64,000 bases of DNA, from NCBI GenBank assembly GCA_965277805.1, contig OZ255842.1:5024001-5088000 (forward strand). The letters are read 5' to 3'. The notes under the pieces are model-generated. The model was not told the DNA's origin, searched no databases, and worked only from the letters and a program-made list of their open reading frames with translations. Positions within the stretch are counted from its first letter, which is position 1. Each line of letters starts with the position of its first letter. The translations under genes were made by a program, and so were the position numbers. Of the stretch, positions 21,477-34,746 are shown piece after piece. Source of the stretch: Candidatus Lustribacter sp. Lineage in GTDB: Bacteria > Vulcanimicrobiota > Vulcanimicrobiia > Vulcanimicrobiales > Vulcanimicrobiaceae.

Positions 21477-22786
21477 TGGACGCCGACGTTATCGTGATCG
21501 GTGCCGGCGCCGCGGGCCTTGCTGCCGCGCGCAGCTTGGCGCGCGCCTCGCTGCGTACGATCGTGCTCGAGGCCCGCGACCGCGTCGGCGGACGCGTACT
21601 CTCCGAGCCGACGGCGCGTGCGGTGTTGCCGGCCGAACTCGGCGCGGAGTTCATCCACGGTCCGGCGCCCGAGACGATGGCCCTTCTGCGCGAGATCGGG
21701 TTGGCCGCGATCGCCACCGGCGGCGAATCGTGGGTCGCCAACGACGCGGGCCTTCTCGAGCACGACGACCGTGACTTCGGTTCTTCTGCGGGGATTTTCG
21801 GCGGCGCCCGCGAGCTGGCGGAAGACGAAACGGTCGAGCGCTATCTGCGCCGGTTCGCGGAAGATCCGGTGCAGCGGCACGCGGCGAGCGAAGCCCTGAT
21901 GTTTGCCGAGGGCTTCGATGCGGTCGATCCCACGATCGCGAGCGTGCGCGGGATCGCCGATGAATGGGGCTCCGGCGTCGACGCGACGAGCGCGCGGCCG
22001 ATCGGCGGCTATCCGCCGATATTCGAGCATCTGCTCGAGCTCTGCGTCGATGCCGGCGTGGATATCAGGTTGGAGTGCATCGTGGAACGCGTATCGTGGC
22101 GTCGCGGCGCAGTCACCGTCGAGGCGGGTGACGCATCCGGCGATGCCGTCACGCTGCAGGCACGTGCGGTGATCGTAACGCTGCCGGCGGGCGTGCTGAA
22201 CGATCCGGCCGGCGTTGCATTCGAGCCCGCTCTTCCGGGCCCCAAGCGCGACGCGCTGGCGAAGCTGCCGATGGGCGAGGTCGTGAAGGTCGTGCTCGAA
22301 TTCCGCACGGCGTTCTGGGAACGGCTGCGCGACGGACAGTTTGCCGAGACGTCGTTCTTTCGTCCGTACGGTTCGGCGTTCGCGGCGTACTGGGTGCAGT
22401 ATCCGGTCCACGGCGAGATCGTGTGCGCGTGGGCGGGCGGACCGAGGGCGATCGCGATGCGCGATCTTTCGGCAGCGGATCGCATCGAGCGCGCGCTGCA
22501 CGGGTTCGGGACGCTCTTCGATGAGCCCGCGACGCTGCGGTCGGAGTTCGTGCGCGGGTACGTGCACGATTGGCTGCACGACCCCTTCGCCCGCGGCGCC
22601 TACACGTATCTCGCCGTGGGCGGCGGCGACGCGCGCGTCGTGCTTTCCGCGCCGGTCGACGATACGCTGTTCTTCGCCGGTGAAGCGTGCGCGAACGACG
22701 GCCAAGGCGGGACGGTCAACGGCGCGCTCGAAACGGGGGAACGTGCCGCCCGCGAAGCGGCAGCAGCGCTGAACGGAGCGCGATGA
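21476..22786 (+). CDS. Flavin monoamine oxidase family FAD-dependent oxidoreductase
   Basis: GAGAAGL, EARDRVGGR, ELGAEFIHG and FAGEA...GTVNGA motifs. Confidence 0.88.
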   Translation: MDADVIVIGAGAAGLAAARSLARASLRTIVLEARDRVGGRVLSEPTARAVLPAELGAEFIHGPAPETMALLREIGLAAIATGGESWVANDAGLLEHDDRDFGSSAGIFGGARELAEDETVERYLRRFAEDPVQRHAASEALMFAEGFDAVDPTIASVRGIADEWGSGVDATSARPIGGYPPIFEHLLELCVDAGVDIRLECIVERVSWRRGAVTVEAGDASGDAVTLQARAVIVTLPAGVLNDPAGVAFEPALPGPKRDALAKLPMGEVVKVVLEFRTAFWERLRDGQFAETSFFRPYGSAFAAYWVQYPVHGEIVCAWAGGPRAIAMRDLSAADRIERALHGFGTLFDEPATLRSEFVRGYVHDWLHDPFARGAYTYLAVGGGDARVVLSAPVDDTLFFAGEACANDGQGGTVNGALETGERAAREAAAALNGAR

Positions 22787-23346
22787 TGCACGAGAGCGCA
22801 GCGTCGATGCTGAGCACGTGGGCGAACTTCTACGTGATGATCGGTGGTGCCGCGGCCGCGCTGACCGGCTTGATGTTCGTCGTGATCACGCTGGTCTCGG
22901 GCGTCGAACGCACGCTCCCGAGCCACGACGGCATCGGCACGTTCAGCACGCCGACCGTGCTGTATTTTTGCACCGCCCTCGTCATCGCGGCGACGTTCTG
23001 CGCACCGTGGCACGAACTGCTCGTTCCGGGCATCCTCACGGCCCTCGCCGGCTTCGTCGGGAGCTGCTACGTGGTGCGCACGATGCAACGCGCGACCCGC
23101 CTTCAGAGCTACAAACCGGATCTCGAAGACTGGACCTGGTTCTGGTGCTTGCCGTTCGTCGCGTTCGCAACGCTGCTGGCTGCAGGCATCGAGCTGCCGC
23201 ACAAAGCGCACCCCTCGCTCTTCGCCATCGGCGCCGCCGTCGTGCTGCTGATCTTCATCGGCATCCGCAACTCCTGGGACGTCGTAACCTACCTCGCCAT
23301 CAGCTCCATCGAAGAAGAAAACAAAACCGGCTCCGCCGACAGCTAG
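22783..23346 (+). CDS. Hypothetical multi-pass membrane protein
   Basis: WANFYVMIGGAAAALTGLMFV; about 5 hydrophobic helices. Confidence 0.75.
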   Translation: MMHESAASMLSTWANFYVMIGGAAAALTGLMFVVITLVSGVERTLPSHDGIGTFSTPTVLYFCTALVIAATFCAPWHELLVPGILTALAGFVGSCYVVRTMQRATRLQSYKPDLEDWTWFWCLPFVAFATLLAAGIELPHKAHPSLFAIGAAVVLLIFIGIRNSWDVVTYLAISSIEEENKTGSADS

Positions 23347-23421
23347 AATTCGGCCGTAGGGCCGAGGCGTCTTCTTCCCTAGATTAATACGAATTCAGAG
23401 AACACTGCGTCGCGCGGTTCG

Positions 23422-25929
23422 TTAGCCGGTTGCGATTAGGTGCATGATGTGGTTGGCCATGTTTACGGCGGTGCCCTCAGCGCTTTCGTCGCTCGTGCTT
23501 TCGGCGATGACGTTGACGGCGGCTTCCGAGGCGTCGGGGAGGACGAGGACCCAGCCGCCGTTTTCCGAGATGCGGATGCCGTCGATCATTTGGACGTTGT
23601 TGCCGTTGCGCGACTCGTCGTGGAGCGCGCGCATGACGAGGCCCTTGCGATCCCACGGGCAGGGCACCGCGCGGCTTGCCATGTGCCAGCGCGGTAATTG
23701 GTCGACGAGTTCGCTCGCGCGCTGGTGCTCGGAGGCGAGCAGTTCCATCACTTTCGCCGCGCCGTAGAGGCCGTCGAAGGCGGGCTGGAATTCCGGGAAG
23801 ATCAGCTCGTAGTCGGCGCCGCCGGCGAACGCGAGCGTTTTTCCGTCTTGTTCGGCCAGTGCCATCAGCGAACGGCGGTCGCTGCGCGTGCGCACGATCG
23901 TGGCGCCGTTCTGTTCGGCGATGCGTTCGACGGCATCCGGCACGGTCACCGGCATCGCGATGCGCGCGCCCGGCGTCGCGCGTGCGATCAGCAGCGTGAG
24001 CAACGCGAAGAGCCGGTTGCGGCCGACGATGCGGCCGCGGTCGTCGACCAGCGTGAACGTCTCGCCGTCGGCGTCGATCAGCAGGCCGAGATCTGCCTCG
24101 AGCGAGGTGACGACGGTGGCGAGTTGTTCGAGGTGGCGTTCGCGGTCGTCGCGGAAATTGCGCGCGCGCTGCGCGTCGAAGTACGCGTTGAGCGAGATCT
24201 GGTCGACCCCGAGGCCGCCGAGCAGCTGCGGCAGCACGATCGACGCGTTGCCCCACGCGTAGTCGATCACGACCTTGAAGCCGGCTTCCTTGACCGCGTG
24301 CGCGGAAAGCGCTTCGAGAAACGCGCCCGTGTAGCGTTCGAGCATGCGCGAGGGAAAATCGAGCAGCCCGACGTCGTCCATTCCGGTGCGCCGGAAGTCT
24401 TCGCGAAAGAATAGGTTTTCGATCTTGCGCTCGGTGCCCTTATCGGTCGTGATTCCTTGCGAGTCGAAGAACTCCATGATCAACGCGTTGGGATCGTTGG
24501 GCGCGACGCGGATGTGCACGCCGCCGTCGCCGCCGATGCGTACGGCGTAGCGGGCCAGCGGCAGCGGGTAGGAGCGCAGGTCGAGCACGTGGATGCCGAC
24601 GCTGAGCAGACCCGAGATCACGCAGCGGTTCATCACGCGCGTGGCCGGATGGGTATCGCGGCTCGTCATCACCGATTGGCCCGGCTTCAGATACGAGCCG
24701 AACGCCTGGCCGAGCTTGAGCGCGAACTCGGGCGTGAACTCGAGGTTCGCGAGACCGCTGATGCCGACCGAACCGAACAGCGAACCCGGCCACTTCTGGC
24801 CGTAGATCAGCGACATCGATACGATCGAACCCGAGGTGACCCACTTGTCGGGCCACAGCTTCAGGTTGGCGTTGACGATCGCGTTGGAACCGATCGTGCA
24901 GCCGCGGCCGATGACCGTCGATTCGCTGATCGTGGCGTTGCGTTCGATCGTGTTGCGGTCCGCGACGGTGCAGTCGCGGATCGCCGCGTCCTCGCCGACG
25001 TAACAGTCTTCCCACAGCACGCCGTGTTCGATGCGCGCGCCGCGCTCGATGATCGAGCCGTTGCCGATCGTCGTCGGGCCGACGATCTCGACGCCGCCTG
25101 CAATGCGCACGTGATCGCCGAGCACGATCGGCCCATGCAGCTTGGCCGACGGATCGATGCGGCAGCCCTCACCGGCGAGGACGCCGGGCGCAATCTCGGT
25201 GCCGAGCGAGTCGAGGTGCACCTTGCCCTCGAGCGCGTCGTAGTTGGCCTGCTGATACTGCTCGAGGTTGCCGATATCGGTCCAGTACGCGTCGATGATG
25301 TACCCGCCGAGCTTCGCGCCGTCGCGCAGCATCTCGGGGAAGAGATCCTTGGAGAAGTCGTAGTTGCGCCCACGGATCATGCGCTCGAGAATGCCCGGCT
25401 CGAGCACGTAGATGCCGGTGTTGATCGTGTCGGAGAACACCTCGCCCCACGACGGCTTCTCGAGGAAACGCGTGATGCGGCCGCTTTCGTCGGTGACGAC
25501 GACGCCGAATTCCAGCGGGTTCGTCACGCGCTGCAGGGCGATGGTGACGTCGTTCTGTTCGCGTTTGTGGTGTTCGATCAGCGCGGTCAAATCGATGTCG
25601 GTGAGGGCGTCGCCCGAGATAACGATGAACGTTTCGCCGGCCAGCAGCTTGTCGGCCATCTTCACCGCACCGGCGGTGCCGAGCGGGGTGTCCTCGACGA
25701 CGTATTCCATCGTCACGCCGAAGTCGGCGCCGCTGTCGAAGTACGATTCGACTTCGTCGGCGAGATAATGCAACGTGGCGACGATCTCGGTGATCCCGTG
25801 CCGTCGCAGTAAGGCGATGATATGCTCCATCACCGGTTTACCGGCGACCGGTGCGAGCGGCTTCGGCCGGCGTGAGGTGAGGGGGCGTAAACGCGATCCC
25901 TCTCCCCCGGCCATCAGAACGCCTTTCAT
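23422..25929 (-). CDS. Sugar-phosphate nucleotidyltransferase / left-handed beta-helix / phosphomannomutase-like fusion (mannose-1-phosphate guanylyltransferase type)
   Basis: MAGGEGSRLRPLT...PKPL, EDTPLGTAG, FLEKP, hexapeptide repeats, then a PGM/PMM-like C-terminal half. Confidence 0.9.
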   Translation of the reverse strand: MKGVLMAGGEGSRLRPLTSRRPKPLAPVAGKPVMEHIIALLRRHGITEIVATLHYLADEVESYFDSGADFGVTMEYVVEDTPLGTAGAVKMADKLLAGETFIVISGDALTDIDLTALIEHHKREQNDVTIALQRVTNPLEFGVVVTDESGRITRFLEKPSWGEVFSDTINTGIYVLEPGILERMIRGRNYDFSKDLFPEMLRDGAKLGGYIIDAYWTDIGNLEQYQQANYDALEGKVHLDSLGTEIAPGVLAGEGCRIDPSAKLHGPIVLGDHVRIAGGVEIVGPTTIGNGSIIERGARIEHGVLWEDCYVGEDAAIRDCTVADRNTIERNATISESTVIGRGCTIGSNAIVNANLKLWPDKWVTSGSIVSMSLIYGQKWPGSLFGSVGISGLANLEFTPEFALKLGQAFGSYLKPGQSVMTSRDTHPATRVMNRCVISGLLSVGIHVLDLRSYPLPLARYAVRIGGDGGVHIRVAPNDPNALIMEFFDSQGITTDKGTERKIENLFFREDFRRTGMDDVGLLDFPSRMLERYTGAFLEALSAHAVKEAGFKVVIDYAWGNASIVLPQLLGGLGVDQISLNAYFDAQRARNFRDDRERHLEQLATVVTSLEADLGLLIDADGETFTLVDDRGRIVGRNRLFALLTLLIARATPGARIAMPVTVPDAVERIAEQNGATIVRTRSDRRSLMALAEQDGKTLAFAGGADYELIFPEFQPAFDGLYGAAKVMELLASEHQRASELVDQLPRWHMASRAVPCPWDRKGLVMRALHDESRNGNNVQMIDGIRISENGGWVLVLPDASEAAVNVIAESTSDESAEGTAVNMANHIMHLIATG

Positions 25930-25963
25930 GCTGCCTCCACCTCCGGATTTGCCCCCACCAACT

Positions 25964-27991
25964 TCATGCGCGCGGGCGTAACTCCCGCAACGCACGTGCA
26001 AATCGTTCGAACCTTCCATCGGTCGCGATCGTGTCGAGATCGTCGCGAAGTTTGCGCCGCCAGTTAGGATACTGCAGGTTCGTACCCGGAATGTTGACGG
26101 GCGAATGCTCGCCGAGCGCATCCTCGATCTGCAGCATGACGATTCGCGCCGGGGAGCGGGCGAGATAGCGGTACGCGCCGATAACGACCGCCTCGGTGTC
26201 CGGCTCAAGCTCGCGGAGGTCACCGCGCGATACCAGTGCGGCGCGCAATTGCGCCACGCCGCCTTCGCGTGCGATCCGTGTCTGCCGCGCTTCTTCGGCG
26301 CTGATCAAGCCCAACCGCTCCTGGAGCCCGATGTCGTCGCCTTCGAGCCAGCCGGCGAGCGGCGGCAAATCGTGGGTACCGGCGGTGGCAAGTGCCAGCT
26401 CGGGATACTCTTCCGGCGGCACAAACGCGCCGGTTCCATCGCGCTCGAAGAGCAGGATGCGGTAGGAGAGGATGTGGTTCGCGGCCATCTTATCGCGAAA
26501 GCCCGGCGGCACCGTCCCGAGGTCTTCGCCGATGACGATGCAGTGCGCGCGGGTACTTTCCCGCGCCACGATCGCAAGCAGGTCGTCGAACGGATAGCTG
26601 ACGTACGCCCCGTCGACGGGCCGGTCGCCGCGCGGAATCCAAAACAGGCGCATCAACGACATCGCGTGATCGATGCGCAACGCGCCGGCGTCGTACATGT
26701 TGTCGGCGAGCAGCCCCGCAAACGTTGCGTAGGCGTCGCGTTCCAGCGTTGCCGGCGAGAGCGGCGGCAAGCCCCAGTCTTGACCCTGCGTGTTGAGCAG
26801 ATCGGGGGGACAGCCGACGCTCGCCGCCGGCAGATAATCATCGCTGCCCCAGGCCTCGGCGCCGCCCGATTCGACCCCGACCGCCAGATCGCGATAGAGC
26901 GCGACGCCGTACTCGCGGGCGGCGGCGGCGACCGCGTCGAGCTGCTGGCGCGCGCACCACTGCAGATACATCGAGAAATCGATCGCGCGGGTCTCTTCGC
27001 GCGCGAAGGCGTCGAGCGCGGCGGCCTGGCCGGCGCGCAGCTCAGCGGGCCAATTGGCGTTGTTGCGCCCGTAGCGCACGACCAGGGCCTCGTGGATGGC
27101 AAAGCGCCGCAACGCCTCGCCGCCGTCGGTCACGTACGACCCGAAGGCTTCGGTGCGCGCGCCGCTGAGGGCCGCGAAACACAACTTGAGCGCCGGCGCT
27201 TTGACCATTGCGACGCCGGTGTAGTCGACGAACGCCTTACGCCGCAGCGCGACGAGGTCGTCGCTGATCGAGGCGATGTAGTGCTGTACGTCGGGATCAC
27301 CGGCCTCGGGAATCGCTTCGATGTCGATTGCAAGCCAATTCAGGAACCGGCGTGACGTCGGCGCGTAGGGACTCGCGGCTTCGGGGTCGCTGCGATGCGA
27401 GGCGTGCAGCGGGTTGATGCCGACCAGCGACGCGCCGCCGGCACCGGCCAGCCGGCAGACCCGTTTCAGATCGGTGAAGTCGCCGATGCCCCAGTTGGTC
27501 TGCGAGCGCAGCGTGTACAGCTGAACCGCGAGACCCCAGACGCGCGCATCGCCGGGCGGAAGATAGGCGTGCGGCGGCGCGACGAGGATGTCGACTCCGG
27601 CGTGACCGTAGGTGGCCACGTCGAGCGTGAGGCGATACGCGCTGGCGGCCACGCTGAACGGCAACGTGACGCGGCGCGTTTCGACCGTCGTCCCGCCGCG
27701 TTGAATGAAGCGGCCGGGAGGCGCATCGCGCAACGCGAGCGTTCCCGCTTTGACGGTTCCGTGATCGTCGCTGATCGTGTAGAGCAGCGTCGCTTCCCAG
27801 TGATCCGCGGAGAGGGTGATGTCGATCGTTAGCGGATCGCCTTCGCGTAGCACGCGCGTCGGCGGGGCGATGCTCCGGCTGGGCGGCACGGTCAGCGCGG
27901 CGATGAACGCTTCGCGCGTCGCAGCCGGCACGATACGTTCGAGGCCGAGCGCGTCGGTGTAGCGGTCGGCAACCAGCTCGCGCGGCGTCAC
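25964..27991 (-). CDS. malQ: 4-alpha-glucanotransferase (GH77)
   Basis: WGIGDFTDL, ASPY, YRDLAVG, RIDH, GEDLG and THD motifs. Confidence 0.93.
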   Translation of the reverse strand: MTPRELVADRYTDALGLERIVPAATREAFIAALTVPPSRSIAPPTRVLREGDPLTIDITLSADHWEATLLYTISDDHGTVKAGTLALRDAPPGRFIQRGGTTVETRRVTLPFSVAASAYRLTLDVATYGHAGVDILVAPPHAYLPPGDARVWGLAVQLYTLRSQTNWGIGDFTDLKRVCRLAGAGGASLVGINPLHASHRSDPEAASPYAPTSRRFLNWLAIDIEAIPEAGDPDVQHYIASISDDLVALRRKAFVDYTGVAMVKAPALKLCFAALSGARTEAFGSYVTDGGEALRRFAIHEALVVRYGRNNANWPAELRAGQAAALDAFAREETRAIDFSMYLQWCARQQLDAVAAAAREYGVALYRDLAVGVESGGAEAWGSDDYLPAASVGCPPDLLNTQGQDWGLPPLSPATLERDAYATFAGLLADNMYDAGALRIDHAMSLMRLFWIPRGDRPVDGAYVSYPFDDLLAIVARESTRAHCIVIGEDLGTVPPGFRDKMAANHILSYRILLFERDGTGAFVPPEEYPELALATAGTHDLPPLAGWLEGDDIGLQERLGLISAEEARQTRIAREGGVAQLRAALVSRGDLRELEPDTEAVVIGAYRYLARSPARIVMLQIEDALGEHSPVNIPGTNLQYPNWRRKLRDDLDTIATDGRFERFARALRELRPRA

Positions 27992-30059
27992 GCCGGAATC
28001 CCGTTGAACACGGCGATCGAGCGTGCGTGCACCGTGAACGTCGTCGCGGGACCGTCGGGCGGCGCGTCGTGGCCCGGCTGGTCGAACGCGGTGTCGAGCA
28101 AGAGGTGCCATTGCACGGCGGCTGCGTCCGGCAGTACGAACTCCACGTCGTTATCGGCCGCGTTGAAGAGCACGGCGAACACCGGCCGATCGCCGAAATA
28201 CACGCCGATCGAGCGGCCGTCGCCGCGCCAATCGTCGTCGTTCATCTCGGTGCCCGCGGGCGTATACCAGGCGATGTCCTTGCGATCGCTGCCCGGTTGA
28301 GGCCTACCGGTGAGGAAAGCGTCGCGTTGAAACGCCGGGTGCTCGCGGCGCAAGCGCAGCACGGTTTTCACGAAGTGCTGAAAGGCCACGTCGCGCTCGC
28401 TGCGATTCCAATCGACCCACGAGATCTCGTTGTCCTGACAGTAGGCGTTGTTGTTGCCGCGCTGTGAATGCCCGAACTCGTCACCGGCCAGCAGCATCGG
28501 TACCCCGAGCGAGAGGAAGAGCGTGGAAATGAGATTGCGCTTTTGCCGTTCGCGCAGCACGAGGACCGCGGGATCGTCCGTCGGTCCTTCGATGCCGCAG
28601 TTCCAGCTTGCGTTGTCGTCGGTGCCGTCGCGATTGTCTTCGAGATTGGCTTCGTTGTGCTTCTCGTTATACGAAACGAGGTCGGTCAGCGTGAAGCCGT
28701 CGTGAACCGTGACGAAGTTGATGCTCGCGCGCGGCCGGCGGCCGTGCCGGTTGAAGAGATCGCTCGAGCCCGCGAGGCGCGAGGCGAACTCGGGCAGCAG
28801 CCCGCCGTTGCCCTGCCAGAAACGCCGCACGGTATCGCGATACTTGCCGTTCCACTCCGACCATCCGGGCGGGAAACCGCCGACCTGGTAACCGCCCATC
28901 CCGACGTCCCACGGCTCCGCGATCAGCTTGGCGCGGGCCAGAACCGGATCTTGTTTGAGCACTTTGAAGAATGCGGCGTTGTAGGTATAGCCGTCGTCCT
29001 CGCGCGCGAGCGTCGTTGCGAGATCGAAGCGGAACCCGTCGACGTGCATCTCTTCGACCCAGTAGCGCAGCGAGTCGGTGACCATCTGCAGCACGCGCGG
29101 ATGCCTCAGGTTGAGCGTGTTGCCGCAGCCCGTCGTGTCTTCGTAGTAGCGGCGGTCACCGGCGAGGCGATAGTACGAAGCGTTGTCGATGCCGCGGAAC
29201 GACAGCGTCGGACCGAGCTGATTGCCCTCGGCCGTGTGGTTGTAGACGACGTCGAGGACGACTTCGAGCCCGGCCTCGTGGAGGTTCTTCACCATCGTCT
29301 TGAACTCGTCGTGATGGGTCGCGAGATAGCGCGGCTCGGGCGCGAAAAAACCGATCGAGTTGTAGCCCCAATAGTTGCGCAGCCGGTTCTCGACGAGGCG
29401 CCGGTCGTCGACGAACGCGTGAACGGGCAACAGCTCGACGGTCGTGACGCCCAGATCGACTAAGTGCTCGATCACACGCGGCGACGAGAGCCCCAAGAAC
29501 GTGCCGCGCATCTGCGGCGGCACATCGGGATGCAGCATCGTGTAGCCGCGCACGTGCGTTTCGTAAAACACGCGGCGCATCCACGGCACGTCCGGCGGCC
29601 GGTCGTGGCCCCACATGAACGACGGATCGACGACGACCGACTTCGGCATCGCCGCGGCGTTGTCGCGGCGGTCGAAGGTGAGGTCGGTGCGCGGGGCGCC
29701 AATGCGGTAGCCGTAGTGCGCGTCGCTCCAGCGGAGCGGCCCGTGCAGCGCCTTGGCATACGGATCGATCAACAGTTTGTGGTGGTTGAAGCGGTGGCCG
29801 TTGGCCGGATCGTACGGACCGTAAACGCGAAAACCATAGAGCGCGCCGGGGCGCAAATCGGGCAAATAGCCGTGCCAGACTTCGTCGGTGAATTCCGGCA
29901 GCGTGTAGCGCGCGATCTCGCGCCGGCCGCGCGAATCGAAGATGCACACGTCGACGCGTTCGGCATGAGCCGAGAAGAGCGCAAAGTTCACGCCCGTTCC
30001 GTCCCACGTCGCGCCCATCGGATAGGCACTCCCGGGTTCGATGTGCTTGGGGTTCGGCA

Positions 30060-30060
<1 letters not shown>
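27988..30060 (-). CDS. glgX: Glycogen debranching enzyme / isoamylase (GH13)
   Basis: NYWGY, DVVYNH, DGFRFDLA, AEPWD, HDGFTL and GNNNAYCQD motifs. Confidence 0.95.
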
Positions 30061-31964
<1,904 letters not shown>

Positions 31965-31984
31965 GTCAGCATACTTTCAACCCG

Positions 31985-34708
31985 TCACATACCCGCTGAA
32001 AGCGAGGCTCTCACCGCGAAGTCGCGGCCGACGGCCGGATGCGCGGGCGATTCGTACTCCGCCACTTGTTGGACGAGCTTGGCGACCAGTGCCGTCCAAC
32101 CGGTTTGGTGCGAGGCGCCGAGACCTTGACCCGTGTCGCCGTTGAAGTATTCGTGGAAGAGCAGATGGTCGCGCCAATGGACGCTGTGTTCGATCTCCGT
32201 GTCGCTGCGCTGGAACGGACGCGACCCGTCGGGACCGGTCCGGAACAGACCGATCAGGCGGTGCGAGAGCTGTTGCGAAATCTCCCACAGATTGAGCATG
32301 GTACCCGAGCCGGTCGGAAACTCCACCTTGTAATCGTCGCCGAGGTAGTAGTGGAACTTCTGCAGCGACTCGATCAGCAGGTAGTTGAGCGGAAACCAGA
32401 TCGGGCCGCGCCAGTTCGAGTTGCCGCCGAAGAGCCCGCTGGTTGACTCGGCCGGTTCGTAGTCGACGCGAAAGCTCGCGCCGCCGACGTTGAGCACGTA
32501 GGGATTGGCGTCGTGAAATTTCGAGAGCGCGCGTAAGCCGTGCGGGCTCAGGAATTCTTCTTCGGCGAAGAGCCGGCGCAGGATGCGGCGCAAACGGTCG
32601 GGGTTGACGATCGCCAGCAGACGGCGCTGGCGCAAGCCGCTGACCTCGATGCGCGCGACGTTCTCCGCCAGTTCGGGGCGATTGGCGATGAACCACTCGA
32701 CGCGCGTCTTGAGCAGCGGCAGTTTTTCGAGCGTGTCCGGATCGAGTGTTTCCACCGCGAAGATCGGGATGATGCCGACCGCCGAGCGCACCTTGAGCGG
32801 GATGCGCTCGCCGGTGGGCAGATAGAGCTGATCGTAGTAGAACTCGTCCTGCGAATCCCACAAGCCGATGGCGCTGTCGTCATCGTTCGTCTGCGAGTTC
32901 ATCGCGTCGGCGATATAAAGGAAGTGCTCGAAGAACTTGTTGGCGAGATGCTCGTACACCGGATCGTGGCGCGCGAGCTCGATCGCGATCGCCAGCATGT
33001 TGAGCGAGTAGACGGCCATCCAGGCCGTGCCGTCCGCCTGCGCGAGGTAGCCGCCGGTCGGCAGCTTGGTGCTGCGATCGAAGACCCCGATATTGTCGAG
33101 GCCGAGAAAACCGCCTTGGAACACGTTGCGCCCGGCGACGTCTTTGCGGTTGACCCACCAGGTGAAGTTGAGCAGCAGTTTTTGGAACACGCGCTCGAGG
33201 AACGGCAGATCGCCGACGCCGCCGCGGCGTTTGGCCTCGATCTTGTATATGCGATATGCGGCCCAGGCGTGCACCGGCGGGTTGACGTCGTCGAAGGCCC
33301 ACTCGTATGCCGGCAGCTGGCCGTTGGGATGCATGAAGCGTTCGCGCGTGAGCGCGACGAGCTGACGCTTCGCGAAATCGGGATCGATCAGCGAAAACGC
33401 GATGACGTGAAAGGCGAGATCCCAACAGGCGTACCAGGGGTACTCCCACTCGTCCGGCATCGAGAGCACTTCGTCGTTGTAGAGGTGCGTCCAAGCGGAG
33501 TTTCGGCCGTGCAAACGGCTCGCGGGCGGAACCGGCATCAGCGGATCGCCCTTGAGCCAATCGCGGATGATGTAATTATAGAACTGCTTCGTCCACAGCA
33601 AGCCGGCGAGCGCGCGGCGCTGGATCAACCGGTCTTCCTGCTTGGCCGTTGGAGGCAGCAAGTCCGCATAGAACGCGTCCGCGTCGGCGATGCGCTGGTC
33701 GACGATCGCATCGAACGCAACCGGATCGATGACGAGCTTCCCCGGCGAATCAGTCAGCCGCAAACGGATCGTCTCCGTCGCGCCCGGCTCCATGATCGTC
33801 ACGTACTGGAACGCGGCCTTGGTGCCGGTGCGTTTGGGGTTGATCGCGGTCGGATCGTTGTTGATCAGATAGCGGCCGAAGGCGTCCTTGACATACGGCC
33901 GCGCGTTCTTCACGCCGAACGCGCGCTCGAAGTTGGTCTCGTTTTCCGTGTAGAGGATGCTGACGGCCTTACCGTCGCCGATCAGCCAGCGCCGGCCGAG
34001 CGTCGGATGCTGCGACACCATCGCGACGTTGGTGTCGCCCGCGTCGCCGATCGTCGGCTTCGTAACGCCCGCGCGCCACGACCACTCATTGCGGTACCAC
34101 AGCGTCGGTAAGACGTGCAGCGGCGCGCGGCTCGCGGCGCGATTGGTCACGGTGATGCGGATGAGGATATCTTCGGGCGACGCCTTCGCGTACTCGACCA
34201 CGATATCGAAGTACGCGTCGCCGGCGAAGACGCCGGTGTCGACCAGCTCGTACTCCGGCGACTCGCGCCCGCGCCTCGCATTTTCTTTGCGCAGATCGTC
34301 GTACGGAAACGGACGCTGCGGATATTTGTAGAGCGCCTTCATGTAGGCGTGCGAGGGCAGGTTATCGAGGTGAAACCAGACTTCCTTAACGTCCTCGCCG
34401 TGGTTGCCTTCGTGGCCGTTCAGCCCGTAGAGACGTTCCTTGAGAATGCGGTCTTTGCCATTCCAGAACGCGGGCGCGAAACACAAGCGCTGGTGGTTGT
34501 CGCTGATGCCCATGATCCCGTCCTCGCCCCAGCGGTACGTTCGCAAGTGCGACATCTCGAACGGGAATGAGTCCCAGGCGTTGCCGTCGGCTGAGTAGTC
34601 CTCTCGGACCGTCCCCCACTGGCGACCGCTGAGGTAGGGACCCCAGCGCCTCCAATGCGCTTCTCGCCGCTCGAGGGCGATTATGCGCTCGGTTTCCGGA
34701 TTCGCCAC
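31985..34708 (-). CDS. GH63/MGH1-like glucosidase
   Basis: WGPYLS..QWGTVREDYS, WEYPW, GGFLGLDNI and GASHQTGWT motifs. Confidence 0.9.
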   Translation of the reverse strand: MANPETERIIALERREAHWRRWGPYLSGRQWGTVREDYSADGNAWDSFPFEMSHLRTYRWGEDGIMGISDNHQRLCFAPAFWNGKDRILKERLYGLNGHEGNHGEDVKEVWFHLDNLPSHAYMKALYKYPQRPFPYDDLRKENARRGRESPEYELVDTGVFAGDAYFDIVVEYAKASPEDILIRITVTNRAASRAPLHVLPTLWYRNEWSWRAGVTKPTIGDAGDTNVAMVSQHPTLGRRWLIGDGKAVSILYTENETNFERAFGVKNARPYVKDAFGRYLINNDPTAINPKRTGTKAAFQYVTIMEPGATETIRLRLTDSPGKLVIDPVAFDAIVDQRIADADAFYADLLPPTAKQEDRLIQRRALAGLLWTKQFYNYIIRDWLKGDPLMPVPPASRLHGRNSAWTHLYNDEVLSMPDEWEYPWYACWDLAFHVIAFSLIDPDFAKRQLVALTRERFMHPNGQLPAYEWAFDDVNPPVHAWAAYRIYKIEAKRRGGVGDLPFLERVFQKLLLNFTWWVNRKDVAGRNVFQGGFLGLDNIGVFDRSTKLPTGGYLAQADGTAWMAVYSLNMLAIAIELARHDPVYEHLANKFFEHFLYIADAMNSQTNDDDSAIGLWDSQDEFYYDQLYLPTGERIPLKVRSAVGIIPIFAVETLDPDTLEKLPLLKTRVEWFIANRPELAENVARIEVSGLRQRRLLAIVNPDRLRRILRRLFAEEEFLSPHGLRALSKFHDANPYVLNVGGASFRVDYEPAESTSGLFGGNSNWRGPIWFPLNYLLIESLQKFHYYLGDDYKVEFPTGSGTMLNLWEISQQLSHRLIGLFRTGPDGSRPFQRSDTEIEHSVHWRDHLLFHEYFNGDTGQGLGASHQTGWTALVAKLVQQVAEYESPAHPAVGRDFAVRASLSAGM

Positions 34709-34746
34709 GCAGGGTCGGTTCGACGCACGTGGCAAGTTCCGCTTCG